Shown here piece by piece: positions 40,196-49,824 of a stretch of 64,000 nt of DNA. The stretch covers positions 928,001 to 992,000 of the forward strand of contig CP084167.1 of the NCBI GenBank assembly GCA_021513715.1, read 5' to 3'. Below the pieces are notes generated by a model. The model did not search any database. It had not been told where the DNA came from and saw only the letters and a list, made by a program, of their open reading frames with translations. Source of the DNA: Candidatus Heimdallarchaeum endolithica (GTDB lineage: Archaea; Asgardarchaeota; Heimdallarchaeia; Heimdallarchaeales; Heimdallarchaeaceae). Every line of letters starts with the position of its first letter. The stretch's first letter is position 1. The position numbers were made by a program, and so were the translations under genes.

Positions 40196-40851
40196 TGCTG
40201 TCCATTCCTCTTTTTTTCTTTCGCTGGAACGCCTACAACTAAAGTTTGCTCTGGTACATCTCTAATTACTGCTGCTCCTGCTCCAATCATAGACCAAGAG
40301 CCAATTTTTAAGTTTTGTATAATACTTGCTCCAATTCCTATTTTTGAACCTTTTTTAACTTCAACATTTCCTGCAATGCCTACACTAGGAGCTATCGTAA
40401 CATAATCTTCTAATTTACAATCATGACCAATTACAGAGTTGTAATTAATAAGAACATGATTTCCAATCTTAACATCAGGTAATATTTTTACTCCTGGCGC
40501 AATAATGTTATCTGTACCAAGCTCAATAGTATCAAAATCAATAACTGCTAAAGGAGAAATAATATTTTCAAAAGGGAGACCTATTTTTTCTATTTTTTTC
40601 TTAACCTCTAATTTCACTTTTGGATTTCCCAAAGCAATAACACAATACCAATTTTTACCATAATACTCAAGTAAATGGTCAATATCTCCAGCTACTTTGA
40701 TTCCGTTAATGAATTTACCATGTAAATTTTTATTGTCGTCAAAAAATAAAATCTGATCAAACTTTTTATCAATTTGGTTAATTTGTCTAACATAAAATAG
40801 TGTCTCCTTCCCTTGACCTCCAGCACCAATAATAGCAATGTTTCTTCTCAT
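40192..40851 (-). CDS. neuD: NeuD/PglD-family hexapeptide sugar acetyltransferase
   Basis: IIGAGGQG, FFDD, IALGNP, IGHDC, hexapeptide repeats, GAGAAV..DVP...VVGVPAK. Confidence 0.88.
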   Translation of the reverse strand: MRRNIAIIGAGGQGKETLFYVRQINQIDKKFDQILFFDDNKNLHGKFINGIKVAGDIDHLLEYYGKNWYCVIALGNPKVKLEVKKKIEKIGLPFENIISPLAVIDFDTIELGTDNIIAPGVKILPDVKIGNHVLINYNSVIGHDCKLEDYVTIAPSVGIAGNVEVKKGSKIGIGASIIQNLKIGSWSMIGAGAAVIRDVPEQTLVVGVPAKEKKRNGQQ

Positions 40852-40974
40852 ATAAAGAACGAAAAAAATACAGAAATATAAGTTTTAATGTTAAAAGAAT
40901 CTCAATGTCAAAAATTATTAATAAAAAATAAATTAAGAAACTTTTTAATTCCATCTATTATTTTCAATCTAGTG

Positions 40975-42009
40975 ATGAATAGCAATATTTTCAAAGAAAA
41001 AACAATATTAATTACTGGGGGAACAGGAACAATAGGTTCAGCTCTTTGTAAGGAATTACTAAAGTATAACCCTAAACAAATACGCATTTATAGTCGAGAT
41101 GATACAAAGCAGTTTGACTTAGCATCTGAATTAGATGAGTATGAAAATATTAGATATTTAATTGGAGATGTGAGAGATCGAGAACGGTTATTTAGAGCTA
41201 CAGAAGGAGTAGATTACATTTTTCATGTTGCTGCATTGAAACATGTTGGGATATGTGAATACAATCCTTTTGAAGCTATTAAAACCAATGTAATTGGAAC
41301 ACAGAATACAATAGATGCCGCAATAAAAAACAATATTGACAAATATCTTTTGATTAGTACTGATAAAGCTACAAATCCTACAAATACCATGGGAGCAACA
41401 AAACTTTTAGCTGAAAGATTGACAATATCTGCAAATTTATACAAGGGAGTTGCTGAAACAAAATTTTCTGTTGTGCGTTTTGGTAATGTGTTTTTTTCTA
41501 GAGGGTCAGTTATTCCTCTCTTCATTAAACAAATAAAAAAGAAAAAAGAGATTACGATTACAGATAAAGAAATGACACGCTTCATAATGTCAATTGAAGA
41601 AGCTGCAGAATTTGTAATATCATCGATGATACAATCAGTTGGCGGAGAAATTTTTATCAAAAAAATGAGGGCAATTCAAATTGATTCATTGGCTGAAGCA
41701 GTTATTGAAGTTGTTTTGAAGCAATTGAACATTGAAAAAAAGAGTATAAGAAAGAAGATAATGGGACAGAAACCAGGAGAAAGAAAGCACGAACTGTTAT
41801 TCACAGCTTATGAATCTCATAAATGTTATGAAATGGAAGATAGATATGTTATAATACCTGAACAATATTTAAGAGATAGAGATTACTCTATTTACCATAA
41901 TTATCCTAAAACAGGAGTTCTTGAACTATCATCAGAAAAGGTAGAACAAATAACTAAAGAAGAAATCAAAGAAATGCTAAAAAAAGAAATAGCCAAAATC
42001 AGTGAATAG
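40975..42009 (+). CDS. UDP-GlcNAc 4,6-dehydratase (PseB/PglF/CapD-type)
   Basis: TGGTGTIG, YSRD..KQ, GDVRD, AALKHV..CEYNP.EA, ISTDKA, MGATK, VRFGNV..SRGSVIP, PGE..HE; start at MNSNIF preferred over 40888. Confidence 0.92.
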   Translation: MNSNIFKEKTILITGGTGTIGSALCKELLKYNPKQIRIYSRDDTKQFDLASELDEYENIRYLIGDVRDRERLFRATEGVDYIFHVAALKHVGICEYNPFEAIKTNVIGTQNTIDAAIKNNIDKYLLISTDKATNPTNTMGATKLLAERLTISANLYKGVAETKFSVVRFGNVFFSRGSVIPLFIKQIKKKKEITITDKEMTRFIMSIEEAAEFVISSMIQSVGGEIFIKKMRAIQIDSLAEAVIEVVLKQLNIEKKSIRKKIMGQKPGERKHELLFTAYESHKCYEMEDRYVIIPEQYLRDRDYSIYHNYPKTGVLELSSEKVEQITKEEIKEMLKKEIAKISE

Positions 42010-42023
42010 TCACCAATCTTGAA

Positions 42024-43139
42024 CTAAATTTTATCTAAAACTCCTTTTATTAATAACATTTCTTCTTCTTTTATTTCTGGATGAAAAGGTAAAGACAAAA
42101 TTTCTTCTGAAACTCTTTCAGTATTTTGAAGAACAGGACTTTTTGTTCCAAAGAGTTTTTTATAAAAAGGAGATAGATGTACAGGATCAAAATAAATTTT
42201 GCTAGCAATTTTATGTTCCTTTAGAGTATCAATTACAATCTGCCTTTTACCTTCTTTAACAAAAATGCTATAAAGTTGATAAACATGGAAATAGCTTCTT
42301 GGAGGTTTTAGTGGCTCAATAAATGAAATATCATCTAACAAATTATTGTAATATTTTGCCTTTTCTTGTCTTTTTTTAATAATTAAATCAACTTTTTTTA
42401 ATTGTGAAACACCTAGTGCAGCCAAAATATTTGATAATCTAAAATTGTATCCAAGTTGAATATAAGAAAAACCATCATTTGAGGTAAAATAATTTGTTTT
42501 TTCTAATCTTCCATGAGACCTGATTAACTTAAGTTTTTCATAGATTTCTTCTGAATCAGTAACTATAGCTCCTCCTTCTCCTGTTGTAATTATCTTATTT
42601 TGGCAAAAACTTAACATTGCAGAATCTCCAAAAGAACCTACTTTTTTATCATTGATTCTTGCTCCAAAAGATTCTGCAGCATCTTCTAATAATAACAAAT
42701 TATAATCCTCTGCAATTTCCTTCAATTCCTTAATCTTACAAGGACAACCTGCATAATGAACAGGAATTATAGTTTTTGTTTTTGGAGTAATTTTTTCTAC
42801 TACGTCTTCAGGTTCAAGCCCTAGACACTCAAGTTCTATATCTGCAAAAACAGGTTTTCCTCCAGCCATTAATACAGAATTAGCAGTTGAAATGAAAGTG
42901 AAAGAAGGAACAATGACTTCGTCACCATTTTTTATACCATAAGCTAATAAAAGAGAAAACAACGCAGAAGTTCCAGAATTGAAACTTATAGCATAATTTC
43001 TTTCAAAATAGTTAGCAAGCATTTTTTCAAATGTATCATTGTATTCACCTATTGCCCAATTTTTTCCTGATTCAATTACATTTTTTACAATTTCAGAGTC
43101 TTCTTCATCGTGATAGATTCTAAAGAGTGGAATAGACAT
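42024..43139 (-). CDS. DegT/DnrJ/EryC1/StrS PLP-dependent nucleotide-sugar aminotransferase
   Basis: NSGTSAL, VPSFTFISTAN, EDAAES.GA, SF..NKIITTGEGG, GYNFRL; start at MSIPLF (43139) preferred over 43262. Confidence 0.93.
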   Translation of the reverse strand: MSIPLFRIYHDEEDSEIVKNVIESGKNWAIGEYNDTFEKMLANYFERNYAISFNSGTSALFSLLLAYGIKNGDEVIVPSFTFISTANSVLMAGGKPVFADIELECLGLEPEDVVEKITPKTKTIIPVHYAGCPCKIKELKEIAEDYNLLLLEDAAESFGARINDKKVGSFGDSAMLSFCQNKIITTGEGGAIVTDSEEIYEKLKLIRSHGRLEKTNYFTSNDGFSYIQLGYNFRLSNILAALGVSQLKKVDLIIKKRQEKAKYYNNLLDDISFIEPLKPPRSYFHVYQLYSIFVKEGKRQIVIDTLKEHKIASKIYFDPVHLSPFYKKLFGTKSPVLQNTERVSEEILSLPFHPEIKEEEMLLIKGVLDKI

Positions 43140-43203
43140 GAATTTGATTGTACTTTTATTCTTTTTACTTTTTCTATCTAAAGCCTTAAAATAAACTAAA
43201 ATT

Positions 43204-43227
43204 TCTAAATCTAAATCTAAATCTAAA
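43204..43227. repeat. Hexanucleotide microsatellite (TCTAAA)x4
   Basis: Four exact tandem copies between the neuB stop and the aminotransferase start. Confidence 0.8.
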
Positions 43228-43254
43228 ATATTTGAATCATTGAAAAAATAGTAA

Positions 43255-44322
43255 CTATTCAACCATATCCCATGTAATTAAACTATCTTTTGGAATATCT
43301 TTTGATGCTTTTTTACCAATTATAAGTTCAATATTTTTTGGTTCCATACCAAAACCTGGTCTTCGAATAGATATATTATCATAAGTAAAATATTCACCTT
43401 TACTAATATCCATTGAAGAAGTAAGACTTTTTCTCGCTACTTTTGATATTTCTAATTCAGACGGAATGGGTTTTTTTATTCCACTTCCTAATGCTTGTTC
43501 TGCTAAACGAACAGCTTCAACCATTTCTTTAAATTCATGAAGGTCTAAAGATGCTTTATGATCCGGGCCTTCCATTGATTTATCAAGTGTAAGGTGTTTT
43601 TCTACAACTACACTATCTAAAGCAACACTCATAACTGGAATAATATAACCCGGGGAATGATCAGAGATTCCAGTTAAATGACCAAAAGTCTTACGAAGAG
43701 TATCAATAGACTTCAAATTATAATCTTCTACTCTTGCAGGATAATTAGACACACAATGAAGAAGAATAATCTTGCTATTTCTTTCACTGTAAAAACAATT
43801 CAAAGCATATTCGATATCACATAAATTTGCCATTCCTGTTGACATAATTATTGGTTTTCCAGTTTTTGCTACTTGCTTAAGAAGTGGGGGATTAATTATT
43901 TCTCCAGAAGGGATTTTATAGGCACTAACATTAAGTTGAGATAGGAATTTTGCGCTTTCTACATCAAAAGGAGAAGAAAGGAAAATGATTCCTTTTTCAT
44001 CACAGTATTCCTTTAAATACTCGAAATCAGAGAAAGAAAGCTCATATTTTTTTAATAATTTGAATTGATCTTCTATTTTCGCAGCTTCAACCTTTTGATA
44101 TTTAGCTAAAGGTGCATCCTTTATAACTAAATTTTCAGTTTTATAGGTTTGAAACTTAACAGCATCTGCTCCACTTTTTTTTGCTTCATTAATTAGTTTT
44201 GTAGCAATGTCTAAATCTCCATTGTGATTGATCCCTGCTTCTGCTATAATAAAAACTTGTCCAGATTTTAATTCTTTATTTTCAATTTTTATGGGTTGTA
44301 TAACCATAGGAATTAGTAACAT
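43255..44322 (-). CDS. neuB: Nonulosonate synthase (N-acetylneuraminate/legionaminate synthase)
   Basis: FIIAEAGINHNGD, DAVKFQT, SSPFD, KIPSGE, STGMA, LHCVSNYPA, SDH, EKH.TLD...GPDHKASL, C-terminal SAF/AFP-like domain. Confidence 0.96.
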   Translation of the reverse strand: MLLIPMVIQPIKIENKELKSGQVFIIAEAGINHNGDLDIATKLINEAKKSGADAVKFQTYKTENLVIKDAPLAKYQKVEAAKIEDQFKLLKKYELSFSDFEYLKEYCDEKGIIFLSSPFDVESAKFLSQLNVSAYKIPSGEIINPPLLKQVAKTGKPIIMSTGMANLCDIEYALNCFYSERNSKIILLHCVSNYPARVEDYNLKSIDTLRKTFGHLTGISDHSPGYIIPVMSVALDSVVVEKHLTLDKSMEGPDHKASLDLHEFKEMVEAVRLAEQALGSGIKKPIPSELEISKVARKSLTSSMDISKGEYFTYDNISIRRPGFGMEPKNIELIIGKKASKDIPKDSLITWDMVE

Positions 44323-44389
44323 TTTAACTTCATAATTATTTTGGTATATTGAAGAAAAGACATAAAAAGTAAAATAAAACTGTATCTTT

Positions 44390-45532
44390 ATGCAAATATG
44401 CGTTTTTACATGTTCACGCTCCGAATATTCTCTTCTATTTCCAATAATGAAAGAAATTGAAAAAAGCGAAAGTCTTTCTTTACAATTAGCAATAACAGGG
44501 ACTCACTTATTGCCTGAATTCGGAATGTCAAAGAATATAATTCAAGAAAATGGGTTTAATATCGATTTAGAAATACAAGTACCTCAATATGAAGATACGC
44601 TAGAATTCCAAACTGAAGTCGCAAGTTCTGTTTTAAAGAAACTTGGAGAAAACTTAAAGAAATTTAAGACTGACATACTTTTAGTTTTAGGAGATAGATA
44701 TGAAGTACTTCCTGCTGTTTATGCAGCATTTTTGTTGAATATACCTATAGCTCATATTCATGGTGGAGATCTTTCTGGAAATATCGATAACTCAATAAGA
44801 TTTGCTATATCAAGGCTTTCTCATATCCATTTTTGTGCAACAGAATTAAGCGCTAACAGATTAAGAAAAATTGGAGAAGAAGAATGGAGAATATATGTTG
44901 TTGGAAGTCCATCAATTGACAATGTTAAAAACGTTCCAATGGAAGAAAACAAAATCAGAAAAAAATATGGTATTCCATTAGATAAAGAGTTTCTTTTAGT
45001 AGTCTTACACCCAGAAACGGGAGGAGAGGCAAAACCTCAAGAAAATTTTGTTAAAATTGCTCTGGATGCAATAAAAGAATTAAAACAAGAAACAGTATTC
45101 ATATACCCTAATTACGATTATGGAAGTTCACAAATTACAAATGAAATAAAGAAACTAGAAAAAGTTGAGTGGTTTCACATTTTGAAGAATGTCCCACACA
45201 CAGATTATATAAATCTCTTAAGGTCTTGTTTCTTATTGGTGGGAAATTCAAGTAGTGGGATTATTGAAGCTTCAGCAATAAAAAAACCAGTCATAAATTT
45301 AGGAAATAGACAAGATGGAAGAGAAAGAGCAGGAAATGTTATTGATTTACCTTTTGATAAAGATATAATAGTTAAAACAATTAAAAAACTGCAAAAAGAC
45401 AAAAATAGTTATTTGAAATATACAAACACTAAAAATATTTACGGAAAAGGAAATTCCGCGCAAAAAATTGTAAAAATCTTGGAAAGTATAAAAGTAAATC
45501 AAAAATTATTAAAAAAACACATAATATTATAA
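44390..45532 (+). CDS. neuC: Hydrolysing UDP-sugar 2-epimerase (NeuC/LegG type)
   Basis: T.SRSEY, TGTHL..EFG, LGDRYE, HIHGGD, LHPET, VGNSSSGIIEA, G.RQ.GRE, YGKG. Confidence 0.94.
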   Translation: MQICVFTCSRSEYSLLFPIMKEIEKSESLSLQLAITGTHLLPEFGMSKNIIQENGFNIDLEIQVPQYEDTLEFQTEVASSVLKKLGENLKKFKTDILLVLGDRYEVLPAVYAAFLLNIPIAHIHGGDLSGNIDNSIRFAISRLSHIHFCATELSANRLRKIGEEEWRIYVVGSPSIDNVKNVPMEENKIRKKYGIPLDKEFLLVVLHPETGGEAKPQENFVKIALDAIKELKQETVFIYPNYDYGSSQITNEIKKLEKVEWFHILKNVPHTDYINLLRSCFLLVGNSSSGIIEASAIKKPVINLGNRQDGRERAGNVIDLPFDKDIIVKTIKKLQKDKNSYLKYTNTKNIYGKGNSAQKIVKILESIKVNQKLLKKHIIL

Positions 45533-46981
45533 ACTATAATGCAAATCAATAATTTCATAGATTTTTTTCTTTATATTCTCAATTGAATCGCTCTCAAAAA
45601 AGTAATTGTAATCAATCTTTTTTTCTAAAGGATTATTTATTTGTTCTTTTAAATCCGCTAAATTAGTGATTTTTTGAGCAAAACCTTGTTCAATTAGATT
45701 TTCAACATGTTCTATTCCTGGAGAATCTAACAAAAAAACCTTCAATCCGAAATTTAAACCCTCGTAAATAGCTGTTGAATATACACCTACTAAAATTTTT
45801 GATTCAGCAAAAAGCTGATAAAGATTTTTTTCTTGACTGATAATTTCTATTTTACTATTTTTCAAATGAGGATAAAGTTCTGCCCATTTCTTACTTTCTC
45901 TTGGGTGAAGTTTGTATACTATATGATAGTCAATTGAATTATCTTTACTTAATTCTATTGCAAGTTTAGAAAGCTTTTCTCCAACTGTTATTTGAGAGAT
46001 AAATAAAATTTGATTTTTCTTTTGTATATTACTATAAAATTCCTTTTTTTTCTCTAGTTCAGGAAAACCTACAGAAATAATTTTATTTTGTTCAATTGGA
46101 AATTTCACGCTTTTTTTCCAATAATCTCCAAAAACGAAAAGATAATCTGGAAAAGTATATTTTCTAGCACCTTTACTCTCAAAAGAGTAACCTAAGTGGT
46201 ATTTAGATATCACACCATGTTGAAGCTCTATTACTGGAATATTTTTTATTTTGCAAGCTTCAATAAAATCTTCTTTACCATAACTGCAAATAATCAAAAC
46301 AACTTTGGGTTTTATCCTTTCTAAAACTTTTATAAATAGTGGGAGAATACGCGCTCTTATGGATAATCTTACTTCTACTTTTGATCTAATATCAATTTTT
46401 GACCCAAATTTTTTATAAATTTCGTCTGATAGAAAGTTAAGATATTCCACTTCATCGTTGTTGAGTTTTACTTTTCCAATTCCAAATAGTTTCTTTAATT
46501 TAACTAAAAAGTAAACAAAAGAAAAATATCTGATATTTTTTGTTTTAGGGGGTTTATAATAAAAAAGAGTATTATCACCTTCTAGTGTCAGTGTTGAATA
46601 TTTCAAATCATTTGAGAAATGATCCGTGTAAATATCCCACCATTTTCCATCTGGTTGAATTTTTCTTCTTGGATGACTAATAATAACAATATCGTGTTCT
46701 TTAGCCAAGAAAGGATTTTGTTTAAAAGATATAATAGATAACAAGTAATTTTTTAACTTAGTAAGGTAATTTCGTAAAATAGTAGAAGTGGAAAGTTTCT
46801 TGCCTTGAGCAACATCTACATTAGTTACTGTATTATCTTCAAGAATTAAACGATAGACAGTGAATCGAATTCTCTCCCAAACTAAAACTCCTTGGATCTT
46901 TTTTTTAAATAAGTTATTCTCTTCTTCAAACGTAACTAGATCAGAGTAAAGTTGTTTAATATTAAAATTCTCTCTTGACAT
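45527..46981 (-). CDS. Putative nonulosonate (sialyl-type) transferase, GT-B fold
   Basis: IELQHG, FPDYLFVFG, ILFISQ, YKLHPRE (HP motif), STAIYEGL; next to the neu genes. Confidence 0.55.
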   Translation of the reverse strand: MSRENFNIKQLYSDLVTFEEENNLFKKKIQGVLVWERIRFTVYRLILEDNTVTNVDVAQGKKLSTSTILRNYLTKLKNYLLSIISFKQNPFLAKEHDIVIISHPRRKIQPDGKWWDIYTDHFSNDLKYSTLTLEGDNTLFYYKPPKTKNIRYFSFVYFLVKLKKLFGIGKVKLNNDEVEYLNFLSDEIYKKFGSKIDIRSKVEVRLSIRARILPLFIKVLERIKPKVVLIICSYGKEDFIEACKIKNIPVIELQHGVISKYHLGYSFESKGARKYTFPDYLFVFGDYWKKSVKFPIEQNKIISVGFPELEKKKEFYSNIQKKNQILFISQITVGEKLSKLAIELSKDNSIDYHIVYKLHPRESKKWAELYPHLKNSKIEIISQEKNLYQLFAESKILVGVYSTAIYEGLNFGLKVFLLDSPGIEHVENLIEQGFAQKITNLADLKEQINNPLEKKIDYNYFFESDSIENIKKKIYEIIDLHYSL

Positions 46982-47093
46982 AGGGTTCTATGATTGTTTT
47001 AATTCTTTACTTTTAAATTTTTCAAATTGGCAAGTTTTTCTTTAGATAGTTTTAAAAAGTCATTATATTGTTTTTCATTACTTGGTGCAATAG

Positions 47094-48650
47094 ATGAAGT
47101 TAAAGAGAGAGAACTCGTTAATAAATCAAGGAAGATCATCAAAATTTTTGATTGTTTTCATTTTAACTTTTGTCGTTGCAAAAGGATTTGGAATTGCTTT
47201 TACAAAAATTTTTACCAATGTTTTAGACCAGAATGAAATGGGACAATATCAAGTAGTTATTTCAGCAATTTCTTTAATACTTTCTTTTTCTGCAATTGGT
47301 TTCCCAACAGCTTTAAATCGATACGCAATTAGATACAAAACTAAAAATCAAATAAAAGAATTAAAAGATTTTATTTTTTCAGGTTTTATAATATTCATTA
47401 TCCTAGAATTTCTTATACTTGTCACTTTATTAATTCTTTATTACTCTTTTAGTATTAAACCTTGGTTCTTACAAGTAGAATTTTATGTTAAAACGCTATT
47501 TCTTATAGCAATTGTTGTTTTAACTCAATTTATAAACACAATGTGTTATGTTATTTCATCATCTTTGCAAAACAGTAAATATTACGGAATTATCATGGTA
47601 ATGAGAATATTATTACAGATTCCATTCGGAATGTTATTTGTTCTAAAATATGACCTAGGGCCTTTTGGTTTAATTTTTGGTTTAGCGGTATCTGAGTCAT
47701 TAGTAGCAGTTTATAGTATGTTTATAATTATAAGTGACATCGGAATTGGAAAATTCTCTTTTAAAGAATTGAAAAAAATACTTGAATTCTCACTTCCAGT
47801 ATACGTAAACGGATTTTTAATGATGGGATTCAATCTAATCATTTTAATTTATGTCATATATGTTGATCCAATAAATGGAAATAATACTATCGCATTGTAC
47901 AACTACGGAGCATTATCAGTGGTCAACTTAATTTTACTTGCAGGAAACGTTTTTAGGATGGTTTATCGCCCTATTGTTTACAAATATTATGAAAGAAACC
48001 AATATAATGAAATGATTGAACTAACTGTTAGGGTTCTTAAGATATTTTTAATTCTGATATTTTTTCTTTCTATTTTCATCTTTGCTTTCTCCCCCCTTCT
48101 TATACAGTTTTTCACTCAATCCTCTTATTTACCTAGTTTAGTTGCAATTCCTATATTACTCATATCAGTTATTTTTACTTATCTTCCAAACATAATCTCT
48201 TATGGACATTCACTATACTTTAAGAATTATTGGAATTTAATTGCAAGCTTAATAAGTCTACTTTTAGCATCACTTATAGGTTATTTTATAATCCCAAAAA
48301 ATGGTTTATTAGGAATAAGTTTTGCTTACTTGACATTAAGAGTTTTTTACTTCATTGGATTAACAATAATTTCACAACAGTATTTTAGAATAAAATATGA
48401 TATTAAACTCATTTCAAAGATAATATTAGCTATAATTTTATCAATACTAATAGGAATCGTTCTATACTTGTTTGCCTTCAGTTTTTTGGGTATATATACA
48501 AACATCATTATCTCATTTAGCATCTCAGGCATTGGATTTGTTGCAATCATATTTTTATCAAAAATTATAACTAAAGACGATTTTCAATTTTTAAAGAACA
48601 TTTTCGATGTTTATATACAAGCGATAAAAAGCAGAATTAATTCAAAATAA
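47094..48650 (+). CDS. Oligosaccharide flippase (Wzx/MOP family)
   Basis: FTNVL...EMGQY, GFPTALNRY, FSLP, IALY; about 14 TMs. Confidence 0.85.
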   Translation: MKLKRENSLINQGRSSKFLIVFILTFVVAKGFGIAFTKIFTNVLDQNEMGQYQVVISAISLILSFSAIGFPTALNRYAIRYKTKNQIKELKDFIFSGFIIFIILEFLILVTLLILYYSFSIKPWFLQVEFYVKTLFLIAIVVLTQFINTMCYVISSSLQNSKYYGIIMVMRILLQIPFGMLFVLKYDLGPFGLIFGLAVSESLVAVYSMFIIISDIGIGKFSFKELKKILEFSLPVYVNGFLMMGFNLIILIYVIYVDPINGNNTIALYNYGALSVVNLILLAGNVFRMVYRPIVYKYYERNQYNEMIELTVRVLKIFLILIFFLSIFIFAFSPLLIQFFTQSSYLPSLVAIPILLISVIFTYLPNIISYGHSLYFKNYWNLIASLISLLLASLIGYFIIPKNGLLGISFAYLTLRVFYFIGLTIISQQYFRIKYDIKLISKIILAIILSILIGIVLYLFAFSFLGIYTNIIISFSISGIGFVAIIFLSKIITKDDFQFLKNIFDVYIQAIKSRINSK

Positions 48651-48760
48651 CAGAACAGCACATATCAAAATTGTTAGATCCTTCATTCATTACAGAAAAT
48701 AATAATTAGATATAACATAAATAAGTAGAATTTAAAAGTAGTACATTTTTTTTTATTATA

Positions 48761-49744
48761 ATGGAATTCAAAAACAGATACATTAAATACGTCCATAGGA
48801 AATTTATTAAACCACTAACAATTGAAGAAAAGGATTTTATTTCATCCCAAAGTAGTAATTTTTTCCTTAGTGGTATATCAGGAAGAACCGGTACAACATG
48901 GGTGATGAGGCTAATCGGAGATTTGTTAAATCACCTCAACTATACTTCCATTGGTGAGTCTGGTTTTTTTGTATTTGGTCAATTTAGGAATGCACCTGTA
49001 GAATATTTTCAAATTACACCAGGAACAGAAAAAAATAAAACAGCATATCTTAATTTTTTCTACAAATTTGTTTCAAAATGGGCTTATGACAGAAGAAAGA
49101 TCTATAAAGGAGGTTTACAAGGACTAAAAATTTTTGTTCCTAAAAAAGCTATAAAGATGTCATTTGAAAACCTAAAAAAAGAACTAGAAAAAAAAGAGAC
49201 ACTTGATGAAATATATCAGTGTTTTGGAAATTTTTACTCAAACATTCTAAATTACCACTCATTGTTACAAAATAATTCTCTACGATGGATAAGTAAAGAA
49301 CCAGGATACGCTAGGCATGCAGATGATTTATATCGACTAATTCCAAAAAGTAAAAATGTTGTTTTAGTACGAGAAGGTAGAGATGTTGCTCTATCAATGA
49401 AAAATAGAGGATGGGAAGATGCAAATCTTAAAAGATGTATATTAAGATGGAAAACTTTCACAGAAATGTCATTATCAGCAATAGAAAAAGTTCCAAGTGA
49501 AAATATTAAACTTGTCAAATATGAAGAACTGGTAGATAACTTTCAAGAAATGACTTTAGAAATATTAGAATTCTACGGATTTAAACCAGATGAAATTATA
49601 GAAGAAAAACTCAATGATGAGAATTATAGATTTAAACCTCTTAAAGGAAATTATGGAAAGTGGAAAGAAATCTATACAAGTGATGAGAAAAAGTTCTTTG
49701 AAGATTCTTGCAGCACAATCATGGAAAAACTAAATTATCTTTAA
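48761..49744 (+). CDS. PAPS-dependent sulfotransferase
   Basis: 5'-PSB loop GISGRTGTTW, W.SKEP, 3'-PB VREGRDVALS, VKYEELV, GKWK. Confidence 0.88.
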   Translation: MEFKNRYIKYVHRKFIKPLTIEEKDFISSQSSNFFLSGISGRTGTTWVMRLIGDLLNHLNYTSIGESGFFVFGQFRNAPVEYFQITPGTEKNKTAYLNFFYKFVSKWAYDRRKIYKGGLQGLKIFVPKKAIKMSFENLKKELEKKETLDEIYQCFGNFYSNILNYHSLLQNNSLRWISKEPGYARHADDLYRLIPKSKNVVLVREGRDVALSMKNRGWEDANLKRCILRWKTFTEMSLSAIEKVPSENIKLVKYEELVDNFQEMTLEILEFYGFKPDEIIEEKLNDENYRFKPLKGNYGKWKEIYTSDEKKFFEDSCSTIMEKLNYL

Positions 49745-49824
49745 ACCTAAAATATAGATACTTTTTCTTTACTTATCTTTCACCCTTTCCAAACATATTT
49801 AAAAAATAAAAAAAAAAAAGAGAT

